Counted from the stretch's first letter, positions 11,048 through 21,078 are shown. The stretch is DNA of 64,000 bases from Thermodesulfovibrionales bacterium (GCA_963715195.1 CAVQRT010000031.1:128001-192000), one strand, 5' to 3'. Numbers and translations are program-made. The notes: generated by a model not told the origin, from the letters alone.

Positions 11048-11674
11048 ATGGCGCGGTATATCGGGGCATTGTGCAGGATTTGCCGAAGGGAGGGAGAAAA
11101 GCTCTTTCTCAAAGGCGATAGGTGTTATTCGGAGAAATGTGCCGTTGAGCGAAGAAAGTATCCGCCCGGACAACATGGCCAGGGATTCCGGAAACTGTCT
11201 GACTACGGTATTCAGCTCCGGGAAAAGCAGAAAGTAAGGAAAATGTACGGACTGCTGGAAAGACAGTTCAGGAAATATTTTTATAACGCAGAACGAAAAA
11301 AAGGCATTACCGGCGAGGTGCTCATTCAGATGATCGAAAGCCGCCTTGATTCGATGGTTTTCCGGATGGGATTCGCGCCAAACAGGCGCAGGGCTCGTCA
11401 GATACTGCGTCACGGTCATATTATCGTAAACGGGAGGGAAGTCAATATCCCCTCGTATGAGACAAAGGCCGGGGATATTATTGAAGTGAAAGAAGCGAGC
11501 AGAGGCATAACTGAAATTGTTGAGAGTCTTTCGAAATCTGAGCACAGGGGGATGCCGGGCTGGGTCGAAGTTGAAACCGCTCACTTCCGGGGCAAAGTTT
11601 TACACATTCCAGCTCGGGACGAGATTCAGCTTCCTGTTCAGGAACAGCTCATAGTCGAACTCTATTCCAAGTAA
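11048..11674 (+). CDS. rpsD: 30S ribosomal protein S4
   Basis: CRICRREG, QLREKQK, LIVELYSK. Confidence 0.99.
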   Translation: MARYIGALCRICRREGEKLFLKGDRCYSEKCAVERRKYPPGQHGQGFRKLSDYGIQLREKQKVRKMYGLLERQFRKYFYNAERKKGITGEVLIQMIESRLDSMVFRMGFAPNRRRARQILRHGHIIVNGREVNIPSYETKAGDIIEVKEASRGITEIVESLSKSEHRGMPGWVEVETAHFRGKVLHIPARDEIQLPVQEQLIVELYSK

Positions 11675-11786
11675 TTTTAGACCATATTATTAAGAGTGAT
11701 GAAGGATACACAAAGGAATCAGTGAACAATTTCCTTTTTCCTCTTGCTTGTATTGTATTGCTAATTTCAGAAGTGGAGGAGGCCTT

Positions 11787-12839
11787 ATGGACCTGAAAAA
11801 AATAGGCTTTCAGTTCCCGGAAACCATATATTTCGACGAGGAAACATTAACCGACACATACGGAAAACTGATTGCAGAGCCTTTGGAACGGGGGTATGGT
11901 ACAACCCTGGGAAATGCACTGCGAAGGGTTTTGCTCTCTTCTATTGAGGGTGCGGCTGTAACCGCAGTGAAGATACCGGGCGCCCTTCATGAGTTTTCAA
12001 CAATTAAGGGTGTTAAGGAAGACGTGGTTGACATCGTACTCAATATCAAAAAGCTCAGATTCAAGCTGTATGTGAACGGGAGGAAGATTGTCAGCGTAAA
12101 AGGCAAGGGTCCGAAACGCATAAGCGGTGAAGACATTCAGTGCGATGCATCGGTCGAAATCCTTAATCCGGAACAGGTTATCGCAACTCTGGACAAGGGT
12201 GCCACCTTTGAAGCGGAGATGTATATCAAAAAGGGCAAAGGATATGCCCTGGCTGAGATCAATAAGGAGGAAGACCTCCCGATTAACATGATTGCTGTTG
12301 ATTCCGTCTTTACGCCGATCCTAAAGGTCAATTTTGTTGTTGAGAAAGCCCGCGTAGGCAGGGCAACGGACTACGACCGCCTTATCATGGAGATATGGAC
12401 CGACGGCAGCGTAACCCCTGAAAAAGCAATTTCTCAGGCGGCTGCAATTCTTATTGAACACCTGAACCTCTTTATTCTGGAGGAAGCAGAAGAGGAAGTA
12501 GAGTTCTCCCCTGTTACGGAGGGCGATACAGAGCATCTGATGAATGATGAGCCGATATTCAACAGCAACCTTCTCAAGAGCGTTGAAGAACTTGAGCTTT
12601 CTGTCAGGTCGTACAATTGTCTGAAGAACGCGAACATTAAAACCATTGCTGATCTTGTCCAGAAGACCGAACAGGAGATGTTGCGGACAAAGAATTTCGG
12701 GCGCAAGTCACTCAATGAAATTAAAGAAATATTGACGACGATGGGCCTTCGCCTCGGGATGAGGGTTGACCTTGAAGCTCTCAACAGGGAAGTTGTGTTA
12801 CAGACTGGAGGGATAGAACAAGATGCGACACAGAGTTGA
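11787..12839 (+). CDS. rpoA: DNA-directed RNA polymerase subunit alpha
   Basis: EPLERGYGTTLGNALRRVLLSS, LSVRSYNCLK; ATG at 11787 after GGAGG. Confidence 0.98.
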   Translation: MDLKKIGFQFPETIYFDEETLTDTYGKLIAEPLERGYGTTLGNALRRVLLSSIEGAAVTAVKIPGALHEFSTIKGVKEDVVDIVLNIKKLRFKLYVNGRKIVSVKGKGPKRISGEDIQCDASVEILNPEQVIATLDKGATFEAEMYIKKGKGYALAEINKEEDLPINMIAVDSVFTPILKVNFVVEKARVGRATDYDRLIMEIWTDGSVTPEKAISQAAAILIEHLNLFILEEAEEEVEFSPVTEGDTEHLMNDEPIFNSNLLKSVEELELSVRSYNCLKNANIKTIADLVQKTEQEMLRTKNFGRKSLNEIKEILTTMGLRLGMRVDLEALNREVVLQTGGIEQDATQS

Positions 12840-13251
12840 CGGAAGGCTGTTCGGGAGAACCGCAAATCAGAGGAAGGCCCTTCTGAGAGGACTGGTCACT
12901 GCTCTTTTTGAACATGAAAGAATCGAGACAACGTTGGCAAAGGCGAAAGAGGTGAGGCGGGTTGCTGAGAAGATGATTACCCTCGGCCTGAAAGGCGATC
13001 TGCACGCAAAACGGCTTGCCTTTTCCTATCTTTCAAACAGGGCATCACTCGCTAAACTGTTCGGTGAAATTGCCCCGAGGTTTTCGGGAAGGAACGGCGG
13101 GTACCTGAGAATTATTCAGACGAGGAGCAGAGTGAACGATTCTGCCCACATGGCCGTACTTGAGTTTATTGATTTTGAGGAGACGAGAAAGAAAAAGGAA
13201 TCGACAAAGAAGAAGACCGGGGAAAAAGAGACAGAGAAAGCTTCATCGTAA
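12823..13251 (+). CDS. rplQ: 50S ribosomal protein L17
   Basis: MRHR, ERIETTLAKAKE, RNGGYLRI. Confidence 0.98.
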   Translation: MRHRVDGRLFGRTANQRKALLRGLVTALFEHERIETTLAKAKEVRRVAEKMITLGLKGDLHAKRLAFSYLSNRASLAKLFGEIAPRFSGRNGGYLRIIQTRSRVNDSAHMAVLEFIDFEETRKKKESTKKKTGEKETEKASS

Positions 13252-13283
13252 ACACACAGGTAATATTCATTTATAGGGGAAAT

Positions 13284-13315
13284 AAAAAGACAGGACCGTT
13301 AATCCTGTTTTTTTT
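13284..13315 (+). terminator. Probable intrinsic terminator of the ribosomal superoperon
   Basis: acagga-ccgttaa-tcctgt stem-loop followed by a T run and preceded by an A run. Confidence 0.65.
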
Positions 13316-13513
13316 AGCCGAAAAGTGTAGACATTGTTCAGATAATTATTTAACTCGATGATTTGATTAAACTATCCATCATCGCTCTCTGCATAAAAAT
13401 ATTCATCAATCCATCAATCCAAGGTACACTATGGTATCGAAAAATAATTTTTTTCACAACATCCACACTTTGCAGATGCATTTTTCGGTTTGATGGAGTG
13501 TGATGGAGACTGA

Positions 13514-14817
<1,304 letters not shown>

Positions 14818-14837
<20 letters not shown>

Positions 14838-15228
14838 TACCTTCGAGTCTCCTGAGGAGAGCGGGAATTCCTTCGATATCCTTGATTTCCTTCTGGCAGA
14901 GAATCCTGAGAATTTCTCTGAACGAAGAGAACTCTTCCCACAGGCCTTTCAGGTTATGAGAAAGAATCCTATTGAGATCTTCACCCTTCCTGTCCCAGTC
15001 GAGGAGAAGAATTACCCTGCCGTATCTTCCGGCGACATCATCGCAAAAATCATACATGTTCTGGCCGTTATGAAGGACGATAATATCTCCCATGAGGCCA
15101 AGACTTTTCAGGGCAGAAGCATCTTTTTTCCCCTCGACAATAACCGGTACGGTCTTATTCAGCTCCTGCAGGTCTTCGAATACTCCTCTCAGGCGTGCAG
15201 ACCGCTCTGTATCAGTTATCGACGGCAT
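14818..15228 (-). CDS. Stand-alone Toprim domain protein (small primase-like); start uncertain
   Basis: VIVEGKKD and LLDWDRKG Toprim motifs. Confidence 0.8.
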
Positions 15229-15404
15229 TTTCTTCTGTCTGTTCAATGACACTAAGATGCTCTCTGATATATTTTCTTGTTCTTATCGTAACATTTTTCA
15301 AAAAATATATAGGTTGCCTAATTTCAATTATGGGTATGCTTCTCCATCCGGGTTCTTCATTCACTCTCTGCCCGGCGAGATTTCCTCAAGTATAGAAAAA
15401 TTCA

Positions 15405-15433
15405 TTGACTTCCGGCCGTCTTAGTGAGAAAAT
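15405..15433 (+). promoter_or_regulatory. Candidate sigma70 promoter for the TGA-containing cytochrome gene
   Basis: TTGACT (15405-15410), 17-nt spacer, TGn-GAAAAT (15425-15433); AGGAGG RBS at 15451-15456. Confidence 0.5.
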
Positions 15434-15462
15434 CAATGGAATAATTTACAAGGAGGTTTTTT

Positions 15463-15864
15463 ATGGATCAGAAAGGCTTCAAAAAAATTCTTGCGGGATT
15501 AAGCATCACCGCTCTTGTTACCGGAGTAACCCTTGCAGGGGTTGGATACCCTGAGCCTGCGCAGGCAGCTTGAGCCGGGAGCAAAGGTTCTGGAGGAACC
15601 GAAGCAGTTGCGGAAAAGGCTTCATCTGTTGGGGATGTTGCACGGGGAAAACAACTTTTTTCAGACCCCACATTAGGCGGGAGTAAGAATGATAAGAGCT
15701 GCAATACCTGTCACCCGGACGGGAAGGGTCTTGAAAAAGCCGGAGCAGCTAGTGGGAGTGCCATTCAGGCATGCATAGAGAAGGCTCTGGAAGGAAAACC
15801 CCTGGCCGCCGATTCCCAGGAGTTGAAGGATCTCGTTGCATACATGGCATCGTTAAAAAAATAG
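15463..15864 (+). CDS. Putative selenocysteine-containing exported monoheme cytochrome c with SbtA/selenobiotic-like N-terminal leader (133 aa, in-frame TGA at codon 37)
   Basis: Manual translation MDQKGFKKILAGLSITALVTGVTLAGVGYPEPAQAA-U(TGA 15571-15573)-AGSKGSGGTEAVAEKASSVGDVARGKQLFSDPTLGGSKNDKSCNTCHPDGKGLEKAGAASGSAIQACIEKALEGKPLAADSQELKDLVAYMASLKK*; strong RBS; CxxCH at 15700-15714; no in-frame ATG/GTG/TTG between the TGA and the heme motif. Confidence 0.75.
15571..15600 (+). promoter_or_regulatory. Candidate bacterial SECIS element
   Basis: TGA, 12-nt spacer, then GGTTC-TGGAG-GAACC hairpin with a G-rich apical loop. Confidence 0.5.
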
Positions 15865-15870
15865 CATCGT

Positions 15871-15903
15871 TGTGCGCACGGGGAATAACTCCCCGTGCGT
15901 ACA
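15871..15903 (+). terminator. Strong stem-loop 6 nt after the cytochrome stop codon (terminator or mRNA stabiliser)
   Basis: tgtgcgcacgggga-ataac-tccccgtgcgtaca, 14-bp stem with one G-U pair; no clear U tract. Confidence 0.6.
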
Positions 15904-15968
15904 CCTTACAGCAACCCGTTTTCTCACAATGCACTCTGCCGAACGGTAATTCCGCTGCGACCCATTAT

Positions 15969-16106
15969 AAAATGGGGACATATCCTGTATTTGATGACGT
16001 TCTACAATACTCCGATGAAATCCTGCGTGCCGCTCTTGCACGTGCTGTTACCGCGGCTTTTTCCCATCGTGGTGTTCAGAGGGAGAGCACTAAGGAAGCA
16101 GTCTGT
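15969..16106 (+). pseudogene. Degenerate 5' remnant of a REP-associated tyrosine (Y1/RAYT-like) transposase
   Basis: From GTG 16027, allowing one indel, reads MP(R)LARAVTAAFSHRGVQRESTKEAV, resembling the MPRxARxxxxGxPHHVxQRGNNR N-terminus; aaatggggacatatcc motif upstream. Confidence 0.4.
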
Positions 16107-16150
16107 GCTGTGAATGCTGCAAAGGTCTGCAAAGCATAGTAATATAAAAC

Positions 16151-19100
16151 ATGCCCGCAAAGACCAAAAAAATCATTCGGATAATCTCGCTGGTACTCAT
16201 TCTCACCCTTATTCTGCTCATTTCCATTGCCTATATCCAGTACCGTGATATTAAGAGGGCTTTTGTCGCAAAGCTTTCTTCCGAGGTGACCGCATTTATC
16301 GGACAGGACGTTGCTGTCGGCGACATATCATTCAGCCCTTCTGGAGAAATTAATCTCCATACCATTACCGTTCAGAATCCAGAGGGTTTTACAGCGGGCA
16401 AGCTCCTCACGATTAAGAAACTTTCCCTGAAAATGCGTTATAAAGAATTGCTGAAGAAAAATTTGTATTTCGACAGGATCAGTATACAGAAACCGGAACT
16501 GATCTTGTCGCGGGATAACGAGGGGCGGTTCAATATCTCTGACAAGCTCAGGGATTTTTTTTCGCGAAAGCCGACATTACAGTATCAGATAGATGAATTT
16601 ATCATTGAGTCTGGCATTGTCAACTTCAATAACGATAATAGATTCAGAAGTGACGATGTCGATCTTCTTATTCAGAATTTGTCTTCAGAACAGGATACAA
16701 AAACGACAATCCGCGGTCATGCAAGCTACGCGGACAGCAGGATAGAGATTAACGGCTGGGTATATCCCAAAAATGAACCAAAAAGATTGAATATCTCAGT
16801 TTCATCGCAGGACGTATCTTTGTCTGCATTGAAGGATTTACTGAACAAGTCCGGCGCAGAAATAACAAAAACAAAGGTAACCGCATATCTGAACGCCGAA
16901 GGTGATACGGCGCAAGGGGTCAATTTCTCTTCAGAGATACGGATAAGGGATGCGAAGTTCTCGTTTCTGAAGAAAGATGTAAAAGAAATATACCTGAGAA
17001 TACAGGCCTTTTTGAATATTCCTGATAAGACGCTTGTTATTGAGAATACCTTCCTGAATGCAGGTGGTGTCACGGCCATAACAGTGAACGGAAAACTCAA
17101 AGAAGCAAAAGATGATTTTTTGTATGCCGCGGATTTGAAGATCGACAAGCTTGATCTGTCTGCAATGAATTTCATGAAGGATGTTACAATGAGCGGTGTT
17201 ATAAACTCGGAAAAATTGCATGTGCGAGGAAATGTGAAAAAGCTTTTTCCCGAATTATCGGGTAATATTCAGCTCAGGGACGCACAGTTCCAGAGACGTG
17301 ATGTTGCTGTCGGACGGGTCAACGGTGATCTGAAATTCCTTCCCGGTAAGAGAGCAACTCTTGACCTGAAAGTGAAAGACTTGAAATACGGCGCCTATAC
17401 AATTCCTTGGCTACAGGGGAGATCAGAAATCGAATACCGAAACAATATCATTAACCTAAAAACCACTGCTGTCGAATCGCAGTCTTTTAGCGCATCCTCG
17501 AACTATGCCGTTATCAGGTTACCACAGAAAAATGGAGAGCACGGCGTGTGGGCTGAAATGAGAGGCCTGTCCGCTTCATATCCGGAGAGAAAAGCCGGGA
17601 TCAGGAACGTTGCTCTTTCCATAAATGTGAACAAAGTCAGTAAGGTATTTACCGGAACCTTTGATTTTGCTGCAGACGAAATCCTGTTCAATGACATACG
17701 CACGGGCGTTGTGAAGGGGCGCGGAACCTTTAATGAAAAGAAATTTTCGATCGATATCGCTCAGGCTGATATCGCCGGTGGAAGGATAAGGCTTACTGCC
17801 GGGGGACGAACATCCGGGGATATGTTCCCAATCACGCTGGCGTCGAGCGCAAACAATATCAAGCTCGAATATCTCTTGAGAGATATCGCAAAAATCTCAA
17901 GCATATCGTATCCAATATCGGGCAATATCACGCGCGCTGTTTTCGAAGGAACAATAAATTCGGTTGAGTCTGTGCAAGGAAAGGCCTCAATACAGGCAGA
18001 AAAGATTTCAATCGCTCTCAGGGATAAACAACGCACTGTCATCAGGGAAGGCATGGTAAGTGGTGATATTGTATTTAAAGGAAACGATCTTGATATCAGA
18101 GCAGATGCAGGTGCCGGAAAGTTATCGGCAGACATCGTTGGGACAGTCAAAAGCTTTGGACACAAACACAGATCTGGAGAATTGAAGATAAGCACGCCTG
18201 AGGTGAAGGTGGCAGACATCAGGGAGACTTTCTGGGATGTGTTCCCTGATAGCATGCTCTATGCCGGGATGGAAGGCTTTCTTGCCTCAGATTTAGCCAT
18301 ACAGTATGATGACTCATCAATCGGGGTGAAAGGCACATTGATGCTCAATGACATAGTTCTCAAGGGTGAAAACGGGGAGTATACAGTGGGTCCGATTAAC
18401 GGGATTATCCCCGTGGCATATGCCAAAGGGAATAATCTTCAAACATCCTCTTTTCTGAAGGAAAGGGAGGGCGCATTTAATGGCATACACGAGTCATTTA
18501 CATTGCAGTCTTTTGAACGGAACAAATTTCGAAGCCTCAGCACATATTATGCGCAAAAAACAAACGATAAGAGTTACAGCCTTATAACGGTGGGCACGGT
18601 GAGTTATGGTTTCCCGTTGCTCGATGCGATAAATATCTGGATCAGACCCGAGGGGAAATTCTTACATGTCGGTCATTTTAGTGGTAATATATTTGGAGGA
18701 AAACTGAATGGGTCAGCCATTATCGATCTTGCTGATGCTTTTCAGTATAAAGCGGGCTTTCATATTGAAGGCCTCAGCCTTACAGAACTCTGTGATAGTA
18801 TTGAACCAATTCGGGGATATATAATGGGGAAAGTCGATGGCATCGCAACGGCAAAGGGTGACGGTGGAGGACTCTCTCGGCTGATCGGCAAGGCTGATTT
18901 TTGGACATACAGCACAAAGAAAGAAAAGACAAAAATAAGCAAGGAATTCCTGCATAAGATAGGAGGTCCTTCTCTCCAGCGGTATCTTGGAGACAGAACA
19001 TTCGATAAGGGTACCATGAGTTTGTACCTGCAGCAAGGTTTTGTGATTTTCAGGGAGTTGGAGATTTCGAACAGAAACTTCTTTGGGATGAAGGATCTTG

Positions 19101-19195
19101 ATATCAAGGTGGCTCCTCTGAGCAACAGGATATCGCTTGACCATCTTATGTGGTCGATAACAGAGGCAGCCTACCGGGCACAGAAGAAAGAATAA
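16151..19195 (+). CDS. AsmA-like / YdbH-like large periplasmic bridge protein
   Basis: N-terminal TM anchor, AsmA-type N-terminus (ITVQNPEGF, ISIQKPELIL), beta-rich repeats; next to a DUF1318 gene. Confidence 0.7.
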   Translation: MPAKTKKIIRIISLVLILTLILLISIAYIQYRDIKRAFVAKLSSEVTAFIGQDVAVGDISFSPSGEINLHTITVQNPEGFTAGKLLTIKKLSLKMRYKELLKKNLYFDRISIQKPELILSRDNEGRFNISDKLRDFFSRKPTLQYQIDEFIIESGIVNFNNDNRFRSDDVDLLIQNLSSEQDTKTTIRGHASYADSRIEINGWVYPKNEPKRLNISVSSQDVSLSALKDLLNKSGAEITKTKVTAYLNAEGDTAQGVNFSSEIRIRDAKFSFLKKDVKEIYLRIQAFLNIPDKTLVIENTFLNAGGVTAITVNGKLKEAKDDFLYAADLKIDKLDLSAMNFMKDVTMSGVINSEKLHVRGNVKKLFPELSGNIQLRDAQFQRRDVAVGRVNGDLKFLPGKRATLDLKVKDLKYGAYTIPWLQGRSEIEYRNNIINLKTTAVESQSFSASSNYAVIRLPQKNGEHGVWAEMRGLSASYPERKAGIRNVALSINVNKVSKVFTGTFDFAADEILFNDIRTGVVKGRGTFNEKKFSIDIAQADIAGGRIRLTAGGRTSGDMFPITLASSANNIKLEYLLRDIAKISSISYPISGNITRAVFEGTINSVESVQGKASIQAEKISIALRDKQRTVIREGMVSGDIVFKGNDLDIRADAGAGKLSADIVGTVKSFGHKHRSGELKISTPEVKVADIRETFWDVFPDSMLYAGMEGFLASDLAIQYDDSSIGVKGTLMLNDIVLKGENGEYTVGPINGIIPVAYAKGNNLQTSSFLKEREGAFNGIHESFTLQSFERNKFRSLSTYYAQKTNDKSYSLITVGTVSYGFPLLDAINIWIRPEGKFLHVGHFSGNIFGGKLNGSAIIDLADAFQYKAGFHIEGLSLTELCDSIEPIRGYIMGKVDGIATAKGDGGGLSRLIGKADFWTYSTKKEKTKISKEFLHKIGGPSLQRYLGDRTFDKGTMSLYLQQGFVIFRELEISNRNFFGMKDLDIKVAPLSNRISLDHLMWSITEAAYRAQKKE

Positions 19196-19231
19196 GGTAA
19201 GATTAATGCTCATGGAAAAGGAGGAATACCT

Positions 19232-19849
19232 ATGAAAAGAAACGTTACATTTCTCACAGCTTCACTTTTTTTTATTTTTGTCTCTTGTGCTGTTATTACC
19301 GTGAACATCTATTTCCCGGAAAAGGATGTGAAAGAGGCTTACCAGTTATTGGAAAAGGAACTGATGGGTACGGAAGAGAAACCTGGGGAAAAAGCCCCGC
19401 AGGAGAAACCGGAGAGTTCATTGCATTTTGAACTGGTGCCATCATTGTATGCGCAGGAATCAGGGCTTCCGGACAAGATTGCTGATATTGTGAAGAAGAT
19501 GCCCGATGTAGTGGAGGCATACAAGGAGATGGGTGCCAGGCTTCCTGATATCGACAGACTCCGCGGGAACGGATCAGTAGGCGAAGGCAAGAATGGGTTG
19601 CTTGTGGTGAGAGAGGGAAATCTGGCACCTCAAGATCAGAAACTCATTGATATGGAGAACCAGAACAGAAAGACTGTCATCAAGGGCATGACGAAAGCCA
19701 TTATCCGGATAAACAGGCTGCCGGAAAATGAAGCAAATCTCAGTCAGGTTATGCCACAGGCGACCGAGCAGTTCGCATCGATCAGGCGGGATGCAGCCAA
19801 GAAAGGGTGGTGGATTCAGGACCAAAACGGGAACTGGGCAAAGAAATAG
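19232..19849 (+). CDS. DUF1318 (YdbL-like) lipoprotein
   Basis: Lipobox-like FVSC, VGEGKNGLL, ENQNR, GWWIQDQNGNWAKK. Confidence 0.75.
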   Translation: MKRNVTFLTASLFFIFVSCAVITVNIYFPEKDVKEAYQLLEKELMGTEEKPGEKAPQEKPESSLHFELVPSLYAQESGLPDKIADIVKKMPDVVEAYKEMGARLPDIDRLRGNGSVGEGKNGLLVVREGNLAPQDQKLIDMENQNRKTVIKGMTKAIIRINRLPENEANLSQVMPQATEQFASIRRDAAKKGWWIQDQNGNWAKK

Positions 19850-19890
19850 CTGATTTGGCGCACACAGTTATTTTTGAAAGGAGATGAGAT

Positions 19891-20406
19891 ATGATTGAGA
19901 GAAAAGGCCTTATTACATTCCAGGGGAATCCACTTACGCTGGTCGGTTCTGAACTGAAAATTGGCGATAAGGCTCCTGATTTCATTCTGCTTGACGGCGA
20001 ATTGAAGGAATTCAGTCTGAAAGATTTCACCGGAAGGATAAAAGTGATCAGCGTTACGCCTTCGCTCGATACCCCTGTCTGTGACATGCAGGCCCGGCGA
20101 TTCAACCAGGAGGCCTCACGTCTCGGCGAGAATATTGCCGTAATAAACGTGAGCATGGATCTTCCCTTTGCAATTTCCCGCTTCTGCACAGCTGCCGGCA
20201 TAGAGAGAGTCAAGGCATTTTCAGACCACCGGGATGCTTCCTTCGGGAATGCTTACGGGGTTCTTATCAAAGAGTTGAGGCTTCTTGCGCGGGCAGTCTT
20301 TATCATTGACAAAAAGGATATTGTTCAATACCGGGAAATAGTCCCTGAAATTACCCATCTGCCGGATTTCGATGCAGCACTCGGTGTTATAAATAGGATA
20401 CAATAA
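19891..20406 (+). CDS. tpx: Thiol peroxidase (Tpx)
   Basis: PSLDTPVC, SMDLPFAISRFC, LLARAVF. Confidence 0.93.
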   Translation: MIERKGLITFQGNPLTLVGSELKIGDKAPDFILLDGELKEFSLKDFTGRIKVISVTPSLDTPVCDMQARRFNQEASRLGENIAVINVSMDLPFAISRFCTAAGIERVKAFSDHRDASFGNAYGVLIKELRLLARAVFIIDKKDIVQYREIVPEITHLPDFDAALGVINRIQ

Positions 20407-20499
20407 ACATATTCCGAAACATCTGACGGTGTGTGGGATGGCTTTTATTTCCCCCGACACCCTGTTGTCAGCAGCACAAACAAAAAAGGAGGAACAACT

Positions 20500-21078
20500 A
20501 TGGCTTACGCTGCAAAGGACTATGCGACCCTGATCGGGATGGAAGGGTTCAGTGAGACGCTCCTTAAGAACCATTTTACCCTTTATCAGGGGTATGTCAC
20601 AAACACCAATAAGGTTCTTGATTTGCTGGATCAGATGTTGAAGGCAGATAAGGCTGCCACCCCTGAATTTGCAGAACTCAAGAGGAGGCTTGGATGGGAA
20701 TTCAACGGCATGAGACTGCATGAGTATTATTTTGAAAACCTTGGGGGGAAGGCGGCGCTTGACAGGAATGGGAAGTTAGCCAAGAAAATGGAGGCGGACT
20801 TCGGGAGCTATGAGATGTGGGAGAAAGAATTTAAGGCCACGGGGGCGATGCGGGGCATCGGATGGGTGATACTCTATCAGGACCTGCAGAGCGGGATGCT
20901 GATAAATTTCTGGATAAATGAACACGATGTATCTCATCCTGCGGGATGCAACCCGCTTTTGATTATGGATGTCTTTGAGCATGCCTTCATGCTTGACTAC
21001 GGATTAAAAAAGGCAGATTACATTGCTGCCTTTTTCAGGAATATCGACTGGTCTGCAGTGGAATCGCGGTTGAAATAG
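20500..21078 (+). CDS. Fe/Mn superoxide dismutase family protein
   Basis: NHFTLYQGYV, LHEYYF, DVFEHAFMLDY; ATG at 20500 after AGGAGG. Confidence 0.9.
   Translation: MAYAAKDYATLIGMEGFSETLLKNHFTLYQGYVTNTNKVLDLLDQMLKADKAATPEFAELKRRLGWEFNGMRLHEYYFENLGGKAALDRNGKLAKKMEADFGSYEMWEKEFKATGAMRGIGWVILYQDLQSGMLINFWINEHDVSHPAGCNPLLIMDVFEHAFMLDYGLKKADYIAAFFRNIDWSAVESRLK

Noticed and set aside
13403..13510. ccatcaat / ttgatgga repeats upstream of galE
   Set aside because: Only 2-3 short degenerate units. Possibly another repeat remnant, but too weak to call.
15463..15573. Reading the locus as only a 36-aa peptide ending at TGA
   Set aside because: Disfavoured but not excluded. It would leave an intact in-frame cytochrome domain with no start codon or export signal, and the 3' hairpin follows the TAG rather than the TGA.
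15468..15704. Minus-strand 78-aa ORF, plus ORFs 15749-15934, 15771-16139, 15853-16041 and 15895-16113
   Set aside because: These are shadows of the plus-strand TGA-containing cytochrome gene and the decayed transposase remnant. They have no RBS or recognisable motifs.
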